The notes below the pieces were generated by a model. That model saw only the letters and a list, made by a program, of their open reading frames with translations, did not search any database and was not told where the DNA came from. A stretch of 32,000 nt of DNA, from the NCBI GenBank assembly GCA_031255005.1, contig JAIRTH010000011.1, positions 1-32,000 of the forward strand, given 5' to 3'. Made by a program: the position numbers and the translations under genes. Each line of letters opens with the position of its first letter. Positions within the stretch are counted from its first letter, which is position 1. The stretch is from Puniceicoccales bacterium. GTDB taxonomy: Bacteria > Verrucomicrobiota > Verrucomicrobiia > Opitutales > LL51. This document shows positions 8,361 to 16,553 of the stretch, piece after piece.

Positions 8361-9230
8361 GTGCATGAGATTGCTAAAAAATCGCCCAACTGTCTGAATC
8401 ATGTGTTTAAAAAATTAGCACTTTGGCTATCGGTCGGAGCGATTATCATTGGACTAGCCTATGGAAGCTATCTATTTCTGGTTGAGCGATATCCTGTTCT
8501 CAAGCAGAATATATTTACCCAGCCGGTCAGGCAGATAGATTTTCTGTCCGATGGCGTTTTGTCAGCTCACTGGGCGAAAGGAATTATTTCAGTGAAAAAA
8601 AATATTGACATTATGGATGTGGATATTTTCGAAATCAGAGATAAATTTGAGCTATTCAGGCAAATAAAGCATGTGGAAGTCAAAAGATCATTTCCTGATA
8701 CGATAAAAATTCATATCCATGAGCGATGGCCAGTTTTACGTGTGTTGGGCCAGGAGAATAACAGAAGTAAGATGGTCAGAACTCAAATGTTCATTGATTC
8801 TGAAGGGGTTATATTTCAAGGCATGGGATATTCGAGGGAGATGGTGGAGGGATTGCCGTATCTTGACGCTGCTATGATCAAGAAAGACAAGCGTTCCGGG
8901 CAGTATGAATGTGCCGATGGGATCGATGGAGTTGCCGAACTTATGTCTCTGGCTAGGAAGAAGTATCCGAACATATATTCTAAATTTGAGGTAATTTCCT
9001 GTGACAAAGTTATGGGGAAACATGCTGCGCCTTGGCGAAGGATAAAATTGCGATGTAGTTTTGCCAAAGAGGTGGTTTTCAGTGACAGCAATTTTGAAGA
9101 GCAACTCGAAAAACTCAATTTTATCCTTTCCGACACAAAGGTTAGCACTAAGCTTCCGGTTTATAGACTGGATGTTACTGCAGGTAAGGAAGTTGTGGTT
9201 AAGTTTAGGGATGATAATGGCGGTAAATAG
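8361..9230 (+). CDS. ftsQ: Cell division protein FtsQ-like (POTRA domain)
   Basis: One N-terminal TM (LALWLSVGAIIIGLAYGSYLFLV) followed by a POTRA-like segment (VRQIDFLSDG ... IKHVEVKRSFPDTIKIHIHERWPVLRV). It lies directly downstream of ddl, as in dcw clusters. Confidence 0.7.
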   Translation: MHEIAKKSPNCLNHVFKKLALWLSVGAIIIGLAYGSYLFLVERYPVLKQNIFTQPVRQIDFLSDGVLSAHWAKGIISVKKNIDIMDVDIFEIRDKFELFRQIKHVEVKRSFPDTIKIHIHERWPVLRVLGQENNRSKMVRTQMFIDSEGVIFQGMGYSREMVEGLPYLDAAMIKKDKRSGQYECADGIDGVAELMSLARKKYPNIYSKFEVISCDKVMGKHAAPWRRIKLRCSFAKEVVFSDSNFEEQLEKLNFILSDTKVSTKLPVYRLDVTAGKEVVVKFRDDNGGK

Positions 9231-9926
9231 GTGATAAATAAAATCATGAATGCGATAGATTTTTTTCAATTTCCAGAAAACTTTGGTCACTTTAGCGGAT
9301 ATTTTGATCTCCATCAGGCTCCATGGGAATGGCTTTGCAAGATAAAGATAGCATTGGAAGAAAGGAGGTTACAGAACTTAGCGCCGGGAATTAGCGGTGG
9401 AGTTTCCGTAGGCCGCAACGTATATATTCATCCGAGTGTAAAATTGCCGCATTTTGCCACATTGGGCAATAACGTGTTCATCGACAAGGAGACCGAGTTG
9501 AGGCCTGGTGCCTATGTAAGGGATAATGTCATCATTGGCTGTGGCTGTGTTATTGGCAATTCGTGTGAGCTAAAGAACTCTATAATAATGAATTACGTGC
9601 AAATTCCTCATTTTAACTACGTGGGTGATTCGATCCTTGGCAACCATTGCCATCTCGGTGCCGGCGTAATTTTGGCTAATCTGCGGCTGGATAAGAAGTG
9701 TGTGCGTGTTTTACAGAAGGATACCGGTCTCAGAAAATTTGGTGCAATCCTTGGTGATTTGGCCCAGGTCGGCTGTAATTCTGTTCTAAATCCTGGCACA
9801 ATTCTCCACAAAAATGCCACGGTATCGTCCTGCATGTCCTTCGCTGGAGTGTTGCCATGCAACAAGATAGCGTTCATTGATAGAAATGGTGTGGCGATGG
9901 TGAAAAATATGAAAACTGATAATTGA
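9231..9926 (+). CDS. Left-handed beta-helix (hexapeptide-repeat) transferase family protein
   Basis: Repeated [LIV]-G-x-x-x-x hexapeptides (VIIGCGCVIGNSCELKNSII, VGDSILGNHCHLGAGVILAN, LGDLAQVGCNSVLNPGTIL). No N-terminal nucleotidyltransferase domain is evident. Confidence 0.7.
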   Translation: MINKIMNAIDFFQFPENFGHFSGYFDLHQAPWEWLCKIKIALEERRLQNLAPGISGGVSVGRNVYIHPSVKLPHFATLGNNVFIDKETELRPGAYVRDNVIIGCGCVIGNSCELKNSIIMNYVQIPHFNYVGDSILGNHCHLGAGVILANLRLDKKCVRVLQKDTGLRKFGAILGDLAQVGCNSVLNPGTILHKNATVSSCMSFAGVLPCNKIAFIDRNGVAMVKNMKTDN

Positions 9927-9975
9927 CAAATTTTGTTATTGTTTTATCAGCCAATAAAAATACAATTCTATAAGG

Positions 9976-10470
9976 ATGGGTGACTTAATTAAATTTAAAA
10001 GAGTGGTTGGCTATTTAGCTGAACAATTGAAGCTCGGCAACTTGGAACCTGATGAAGAGGGAGCCTGTTACCTTGCCTTTGATGATGATTTAATAATGAA
10101 ATGCGCTGCCATAGAAGATTCAAATCAGGTTGAGATGGTTTCTTATGTTGGTGTATTGCAAAGAGATAGCGTTGATGCGCTGAGGGAAATTTTAAAATAT
10201 AATCATTTTTGGAGTGATACTGCCGGCGCAAATCTTGGTCTCTCCGATGAGGATAGCACAGTGATGCTAAGTCAGTACATAGACATGGACTTCATCGATG
10301 AAATAACATTTTATAAATCCGTCGAGAATTTTGTAAATGCCATGGATCATTGGAAAACGAAATTCCCTGAGTTGGCCAAATTTGCCGAAGATGGCGCTCC
10401 TCAACAGGCTGTAGATCAAGGAGTTCCGGTTTCTGGAGACTATAATCCTGGTTTTATGATGGGAGTATGA
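9976..10470 (+). CDS. Small acidic protein with CesT/SycE/YbjN-like (type III secretion chaperone fold) sequence pattern
   Basis: 164 aa and strongly acidic. The pattern LAEQLKLGNLEPDEEGACYLAFDDD ... MVSYVGVL ... LREILKYNHFW...AGANLGLSDEDSTVMLSQYIDMD ... FYKSVENFVNAMDHW mirrors the conserved hydrophobic and acidic spacing of CesT-family chaperones and YbjN-like proteins. This is pattern recognition only. Confidence 0.5.
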   Translation: MGDLIKFKRVVGYLAEQLKLGNLEPDEEGACYLAFDDDLIMKCAAIEDSNQVEMVSYVGVLQRDSVDALREILKYNHFWSDTAGANLGLSDEDSTVMLSQYIDMDFIDEITFYKSVENFVNAMDHWKTKFPELAKFAEDGAPQQAVDQGVPVSGDYNPGFMMGV

Positions 10471-10477
10471 GTTCGCT

Positions 10478-11047
10478 ATGAATGGCTTCGGCGGACTGGA
10501 AAATGCTCCGATGATTTTTTCAGAGGACGTGATTCTTAAAGCTTTATCATACAAAAATATTGATAACATAACAGCCTATTTGAGCGATAGGGAAACAGTT
10601 TTTTTGCTGACCTACACGCCCTATCCCTATACCAGAGAAATGGCAGAGTTCTGGATCCGCCACATAGACAATACCATGGCGCGCGGCGAAACCTTTTACT
10701 GGAGCATAAATGTTAAAAGTGATTTCATCGGCACCATTGGCCTATCCATATTCAGCGAGCATGATAAGGCCGAAATGCATTATTGGATTGGTAAGCCTTA
10801 CTGGGGCAATGGTTACTGTACTGCTGCTGCACGCCTTGTCATCAATTATTGTTTCAACGTTATGAAATTGCATCGGCTGGAGGTGAATCATATGACTCGC
10901 AATGTCGGTTCTCGGCGAGTCATAGAAAAATGTGGATTCATCTTCGAAAGCGAAGCTGTCGACTACGTAAAAAGGTTCGGTAAATATGAAAACGTGATGT
11001 TTTATAGACTGATGATGGATGATGTGAAGAACACTCGTTCCAACTAA
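10478..11047 (+). CDS. GNAT family N-acetyltransferase (RimJ/RimL-like)
   Basis: 189 aa with the acetyl-CoA-binding region HYWIGKPYWGNGYCTAAARLVINYCFNVMKLHRLEVNHMTRNVGSRRVIEKCGFIFES. It starts 7 bp after the upstream ORF. Confidence 0.8.
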   Translation: MNGFGGLENAPMIFSEDVILKALSYKNIDNITAYLSDRETVFLLTYTPYPYTREMAEFWIRHIDNTMARGETFYWSINVKSDFIGTIGLSIFSEHDKAEMHYWIGKPYWGNGYCTAAARLVINYCFNVMKLHRLEVNHMTRNVGSRRVIEKCGFIFESEAVDYVKRFGKYENVMFYRLMMDDVKNTRSN

Positions 11048-12579
11048 GGATCTAGCCTCGGGAAAAGTATTGCGCTTTCAATAAATCGATTGCCAGCCAA
11101 CGAGTTGCTGAACAATAGGTCGGTCTTCCAACAGAGTTTTCCAGGATGCATCCCAAACAAATAAAATATCTTATCAGCCATATTCGGCATCAATGGATAT
11201 AGAGCCAGGGCCGTTATCCTAACGCATTCTGCTGCAATGGCTAATGTTGCAAACAAGGTGTTTTTGTCATCACTGGAAGAGGATTTTGCCAGCTTCCATG
11301 GCGCCATGGTTTCTATATATTTATTGGTTGCTCTTATGAAAATAAACAGATCATCCAAGGCCAAATGAAACTGCAAGCCATAGCACTGATCAATGAATCT
11401 ATCTTTAATCGTCGCCCATAGCGCTATCATGCCTCCATCATAGCCTTGATCTTGAGTATATTCTGGGCACACGCCATTGCAATAGCGCGACACCATGTTC
11501 AATATTCGGCTGACCAAATTGCCTAGATCATTGCCCAAATCATTGTCATATCTGGCACTGAATAAATCGTGGGAAAAATCACTATCTTGGCCAACTTTCA
11601 TCTCGCGAATCAAAAAATAGCGAACAGGATCGGAGCCATATATTTTCGCATACTCCATCGGATTTATTACATTACCAAGGCTTTTGGACATCTTTGTGCC
11701 GGAACAGGTCCACCAGCCATGAGCGAGAAGTGTCTTTGGCATAGGGATATCTAGAGCATGAAGCATTATTGGCCAATAGACCGCATGGGCAGGCACAAGA
11801 ATATCTTTGCCTATGGTGTGGTAATCCACTGGCCAATATTCTTCAAAATCATTTGTGCCGTAACCTACTACAGAAATGTAGTTTATGAGCGCATCGAACC
11901 ATACATAGGTGACATATTGATCATCAAAGGGCAATGGAATTCCCCAGGATAATCGATGCTTGGGTCTGGAAATACATAGATCATTGATGTCATCTGCCAG
12001 AAACTCAAGGACTTGCTTTGCGCGAAACTGTGGAAAAATGAAATCTGGATGGCCATTTATATAATCTGCCAACCAATCTCTGTGCTTAGTCAGGCGAAAA
12101 AAATAATTGGATTCGCTCATCTCAATCACATCGCCAAACACTTCTTTTGGCCAGATGCCATTGACTTTATCCTTTTCTTGCAGAAACTGTTCTGTTACAG
12201 TGCTATAGTAGCCGCTGTATTCTGCTTTGTATATATCTCCTTGGTCAAATAATTTCTGTAATATATTGATAACCACTGCCTTGTGTCGCGGTTGGGTTGT
12301 GCGTACATAGTCATCATACAAAATCGAAAGTTCTCGACACATGGACCTAAATTCTACGGCGGTTGCATTGCATAATTCCTGAGGGGTCATGCCATTTTTT
12401 TCCGCCGTTTGTTGAACTTTTTGACCATGTTCATCCAATCCAGTCAGGAAATGGACTTCTTCTCCCATAAGACGATGAATTCTTGATATCACATCTGCCA
12501 AAATTTTTTCATAGGCATGGCCAATGTGTGGTTTCCCATTGGCATAATCTATGGCCGTCGTTATATAAAATTTCTTCAT
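11044..12579 (-). CDS. metG: Methionine--tRNA ligase
   Basis: 511 aa with the HIGH-type motif ANGKPHIGHAYEKILADV and the KMSKS motif GTKMSKSLGN. Its 3' end overlaps the GNAT stop by 4 nt (convergent genes). Confidence 0.95.
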   Translation of the reverse strand: MKKFYITTAIDYANGKPHIGHAYEKILADVISRIHRLMGEEVHFLTGLDEHGQKVQQTAEKNGMTPQELCNATAVEFRSMCRELSILYDDYVRTTQPRHKAVVINILQKLFDQGDIYKAEYSGYYSTVTEQFLQEKDKVNGIWPKEVFGDVIEMSESNYFFRLTKHRDWLADYINGHPDFIFPQFRAKQVLEFLADDINDLCISRPKHRLSWGIPLPFDDQYVTYVWFDALINYISVVGYGTNDFEEYWPVDYHTIGKDILVPAHAVYWPIMLHALDIPMPKTLLAHGWWTCSGTKMSKSLGNVINPMEYAKIYGSDPVRYFLIREMKVGQDSDFSHDLFSARYDNDLGNDLGNLVSRILNMVSRYCNGVCPEYTQDQGYDGGMIALWATIKDRFIDQCYGLQFHLALDDLFIFIRATNKYIETMAPWKLAKSSSSDDKNTLFATLAIAAECVRITALALYPLMPNMADKIFYLFGMHPGKLCWKTDLLFSNSLAGNRFIESAILFPRLDP

Positions 12580-12661
12580 AATAGGTTATTTTGGCAAAAC
12601 AATACCTGTCCATTGCCATGGCATACCAATGTATAGAATGACCGACGGTCAAGCCTAAACA

Positions 12662-12925
12662 TCATTTGCGCTGGGAGTTTAACCATCCAGGATTTTTTAT
12701 TGTATTTTTTATGCCAATGAATGTTATGACCAAATAAACCGCATACATGGTGGCCTGGGCGTATTCTTTTATGTTTATATTACGGATAAATAAAAATCCA
12801 TTGCTGAATAACCATAATAAATAGCACAGTTTCAATCGAAGAGTTGCATTTAAGTAGGCACCAATCAGAGAAATTACCACTGAAATCCAAGTCAATATTT
12901 CAATAACCTCCATAGCTAATGACAA
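12662..12925 (-). CDS. Small three-TM membrane protein (function unknown)
   Basis: 87-aa ORF with three hydrophobic segments. The track start at 12925 is TTG; an ATG (MEVIEIL...) lies at 12911-12913. No motif I can name with confidence. Confidence 0.4.
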   Translation of the reverse strand: MSLAMEVIEILTWISVVISLIGAYLNATLRLKLCYLLWLFSNGFLFIRNINIKEYAQATMYAVYLVITFIGIKNTIKNPGWLNSQRK

Positions 12926-12940
12926 AAAATCAACGAAAGC

Positions 12941-13433
12941 CTAGGTTGTTAAAGTCACATCTTTGGATTTGTCAATGGATATTCTGCTATCTCGGGCTTG
13001 AGAATAGCTGGGCACAGTTAATTGAAAATTTTCCCAGGATAAATTTTTAAATATTTTTTCTGTTTTCAATGCAAGTTCCAAAGCCGTATTCCTGATGCCA
13101 TCGGTATCGAAAATCGGTATGTTGTTCTTTAAAAATATGATCTTATTGTGGTTATTGGTCCATTCAATATTAATTGCTTTGGTGGAGATTTTTTCAAATT
13201 AGAGGCATTTTGGTCCAGGTCGCTTTGGATTGGGCAAGGGAGTCGAGCCTGCTATGGTCCAGGACTAGGTAGGTGAAGCCGTTGGCAATGGCCTTTTCCA
13301 CTGCTTGGTTTAGTGATATGTAAAAAGTAGCATTTTTTTGTATGCGATTTATTAATCGAAAATGGTAGTTCACTGGCTGTTTTGCTAAGCATCCGCGCAT
13401 TTCTGTCGAATTTTTTTGAACCAATCCTATCAT
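12941..13433 (-). pseudogene. Possible frameshift-split gene of unknown function (79-aa ORF plus a start-less 85-aa ORF)
   Basis: ORF 13194..13433 ends at TGA. An adjacent frame is open from 13198 down to the stop at 12941-12943 (FEKISTKAINIEWTNNHNKIIFLKNNIPIFDTDGIRNTALELAL...) and has no ATG or GTG start. The frames switch at a T6 run (13189-13194 on the plus strand). Confidence 0.3.
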
Positions 13434-13604
13434 AGAATGAAAAGAATGAGAAATAAAATTAGTAATTAAAGCTTGATATATTAGACTTTGATGCCAGAGT
13501 TATGCCCTATTGGCATTTTGAGGTGATGATCAGAGATTGTCGTGAATGGTCATGAAATTTTTGTGTTCTATGATGAAAAGTTATTTATTGGATATATATA
13601 AGTT

Positions 13605-14858
13605 ATGAAGAAATGTTTATCGATTGGCATGATCCTGGAGGCTATGTTTTTTTTCTCGGCAGTGGTAATCACTGGACACTGCTATGGTGCCGAAGTGGGT
13701 TGCTGTATTGATGTAAATTCTCCGGTTACTGTAAAGCTTGGGCGAGATTTTTACGATGTGCCCGGTGATGGCAATTGTGGCTATTGGGCAATAGCTGTTG
13801 GAAATAGTCCGAAAAAAGGGATCTATGAGCGTGAAGATATGCTTAATATCCGTAGGATAGTGCATTCATCGCTGGATAATTATGTTAATGCCAAGGATAA
13901 TATGCAGTTAGAATCATGCAATTGTATAAAAATTGCACAGAAAATAAATAAATCGATAGTTGTTTCTGGCCTTAATAATGACTCTGGTTCAAAGAAAATT
14001 AATCCTTGCAAAGTAACTATTTATAAAGCCTGCGGTGACACAGAAAATGGCGATTTTATCGATGGTATGGATAAAAATAATCAACAACTTGTTGGTGTCA
14101 AATGCTTAAAGGCTCAAATAAATGTGGATTATTTGAGGAATTCCAGGTATGAATTGTTTAAAAAATTGTATGGAAATGATGAATATTTTAAATCCAATGG
14201 CAATGTGAATGAAGCTGTGGTTGAACAAACCCAGGTTAATTTTATCAAAAATTTTTTCGATAAATGGATAAATATAAATGATGTGATGCCCTATCCGTCC
14301 GATGCTGAAATACAAAATTTCGATGCCAAATCGGATGGTGTGGATCGCTGTAATTTTGAGAAGATCTGGAGCAATTTTTTTTCCAATCAAATATCCCAGA
14401 ACAAAAAATTGCAATGTGTTATCAGTGAAAATAATGCGATATTCATTCATAATATAGGTGCCCATTGGGTTGTGGCATTGCAGAACAAAAATGGTGGTTT
14501 GGAAAATTATGACGGATCCATTCGCTTCGAAAATACATTCAATATAGACTTAAATGCAAAAAATCCTTCGTCACCAAGTTCTTGTCATTCACTTGATCCA
14601 TTATTGGGGACTCAGGTATTGAAAGTTCTGCCGTTTCAGCCGTTAAATGTGGCACAAAATACCATCCCAACCATGTCATATTTTAAGAAAAAATGTTTTC
14701 ATTTTGGTACCAAACTTATTGCCTTTAAGAAAAATGATTCTCGGAATGTAAAAGTTTTAGAATCTGGTAAAAAATGTAGTCATTTAAAAATTAAGTCTGT
14801 TGCTAAAGCTGTTCCGAAAAAAAAACGAAGTCTAAGTAGAAGTGAGCGACGGAAATGA
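13605..14858 (+). CDS. Secreted OTU-like cysteine protease (deubiquitinase-like), paralog A, with polybasic C-terminal tail
   Basis: 417 aa. N-terminal signal-peptide-like segment MKKCLSIGMILEAMFFFSAVVITGHCYG. Cys loop VPGDGNCGYWAIA (Cys58, nt 13776-13778) matches the OTU hallmark D-G-N-C-x-aromatic. A downstream His motif is IGAHWVVAL. The tail is AVPKKKRSLSRSERRK. Confidence 0.7.
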   Translation: MKKCLSIGMILEAMFFFSAVVITGHCYGAEVGCCIDVNSPVTVKLGRDFYDVPGDGNCGYWAIAVGNSPKKGIYEREDMLNIRRIVHSSLDNYVNAKDNMQLESCNCIKIAQKINKSIVVSGLNNDSGSKKINPCKVTIYKACGDTENGDFIDGMDKNNQQLVGVKCLKAQINVDYLRNSRYELFKKLYGNDEYFKSNGNVNEAVVEQTQVNFIKNFFDKWININDVMPYPSDAEIQNFDAKSDGVDRCNFEKIWSNFFSNQISQNKKLQCVISENNAIFIHNIGAHWVVALQNKNGGLENYDGSIRFENTFNIDLNAKNPSSPSSCHSLDPLLGTQVLKVLPFQPLNVAQNTIPTMSYFKKKCFHFGTKLIAFKKNDSRNVKVLESGKKCSHLKIKSVAKAVPKKKRSLSRSERRK

Positions 14859-15300
14859 TGGCGTTGAACAAATGGGTTTCAAAATAAATGGCCCTAGGCA
14901 TTGAACCAGAAAAAATAGAAAATTTGCCGATTTATACAAAATATTAGATGTGGTGTAAATTTCTCTTGACATCTTTTAAATTTTAAGAGATGTTCAGCCA
15001 TTCATGAAATTAGAAATCAATTAATATGAGTGTTTTTTGCAATCTAAAATTGGAGTCAGTAAGTAAAAGGCAAAAAATAGTGGCTTAGAATTATTTTGAT
15101 GGAAAGTTAGTGTTTTGATTGGCATAATGGCATGGTATAGAATATTGATATAAGGAGGTTAAGTGAAGTAGAAGTCAAAAGTGATGAAAGTAAAAGTATT
15201 TTAATTCTGAATTGATGTCAATGGGTATTCGTGTCCGGATTTGATATAAGTTTATTGGCATTTTGTAGTTTTTTAATATAATTATAGATATTTAGATGTT

Positions 15301-16329
15301 ATGAAAAGGATTAATTGTGGCAAATGCTCATTATTTGAGAGGGTTGTTGTCATTACATTTCTGTCGATTGTGTCGTTTATGACATTTGATTGTTACGGCA
15401 TTTTTGTGAAAGAAGGAAAGTGGACCGGGGGCTATGGCAATTCTGTGTTGGCTAGATATCTTAGGCGCACATTATATAATGTATCTGGTGGCGGCTGGAA
15501 TGGATGTGGATATTATGCTGTATGCGTAGGATTGAATCCGCAGAGCGGTCGATATAGCTGTGCTGATGCTTTGGCTATCAGAAGGATTGCTTATCCCAAT
15601 GTTAGTGATGATGCGGATTGTCGTGACAGTGGGACTGCTTTTTCTACCCGTAATGAATGTAGCGGAAAAATTGCTCAAAGTCTTGGTGTTATCATAGCCA
15701 TGTCTGGCGTGAGAGATAAAACCGGGAGAGAGGTTATCGTCATAAATTACAAAGATGGCAATAGGTATATTGAAGAGGTTAGCAATTTTGATTTTAGCAA
15801 AGACTATGGCTTTAATAATGGAGATACAGTGATTCTTCTTCATCGCATACCAGCCGAAGGCATGCCTAGCGGTATGCCTCATTGGGTAGTTGGATTGCCA
15901 AATAATTTGGGCCGCGCATCTAATGAATTTGAAAAGATTATATTGCCTAAGGCTAGAGTATTGGGCGGTGTTAGGGCACCAGAAACAAATGCGGTCCAAA
16001 GTGTTAATTCCAGTGTAGATAACAGAATAATTGCTGAGCCAAATGTACGATCTTCCAAAAAAATCGCGCAATCTAACGGCGGGGTTAAGAGGTCAAAAAG
16101 AAAAAAAGGTAACGCATTTAGTGGTTCATTTTCAAGGAAAAGTCAAAAAAATGCACGAGCTGGTGGCGGTGGCCGCAGGTCCAATGGACGCAAAAAAGGC
16201 AAAAAAAATAAAAAAGGCAAAATTGGCGTATCTCATGTGGCGAGTGCCAAAAAATTTAATGCTTCTGCAAAGAAAAAATTAAAGAGGAATAGAAAAATTT
16301 TGAAAAAAGTCCGAAATTCAAAAAATTAG
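15301..16329 (+). CDS. Secreted OTU-like cysteine protease, paralog B, with very long Lys/Arg/Gly-rich tail
   Basis: 342 aa. Signal-like N-terminus ending FDCYG. Cys loop VSGGGWNGCGYYAVCVG (Cys69, nt 15505-15507; the Asp at -3 is not conserved). His motif GMPHWVVGL. The last ~90 aa are KRSKRKKG...GRKKGKKNKKGK...KKKLKRNRKILKK. It aligns with A through ...IRRI... after the Cys loop. Confidence 0.65.
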   Translation: MKRINCGKCSLFERVVVITFLSIVSFMTFDCYGIFVKEGKWTGGYGNSVLARYLRRTLYNVSGGGWNGCGYYAVCVGLNPQSGRYSCADALAIRRIAYPNVSDDADCRDSGTAFSTRNECSGKIAQSLGVIIAMSGVRDKTGREVIVINYKDGNRYIEEVSNFDFSKDYGFNNGDTVILLHRIPAEGMPSGMPHWVVGLPNNLGRASNEFEKIILPKARVLGGVRAPETNAVQSVNSSVDNRIIAEPNVRSSKKIAQSNGGVKRSKRKKGNAFSGSFSRKSQKNARAGGGGRRSNGRKKGKKNKKGKIGVSHVASAKKFNASAKKKLKRNRKILKKVRNSKN

Positions 16330-16553
16330 AAACACTAAAAATTTTTGCTGATTTTGTGGATTAATATGATCTTATCGATACCGTGGAATGACCTTTCATA
16401 GTATTTTCGCCTTTGCATTTCATCAAGCTAGTTACGTAATGAAAAGAAGATGAAGCTTTCATATGGTCGCTGATGTAAAAATTAATATTTTGAAAATTAT
16501 TAATAATTTTGTTGACATCCTAAAATAATAATGAAGAGAATATATCTGCCGTT

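Noticed and set aside
8736-9314. 192-aa and 110-aa minus-strand ORFs overlapping ftsQ
   Set aside because: They are shadow ORFs opposite a gene supported by a POTRA motif and dcw-like context, and have no recognisable features.
15472-16071. 199-aa minus-strand ORF inside OTU-like paralog B, and the 83-aa plus-strand alternative frame 16031..16282
   Set aside because: The plus-strand 342-aa frame carries the motifs conserved with paralogs A and C. The antisense and alternative frames have no paralog support. The basic character of the alternative frame is a by-product of A-rich codons.
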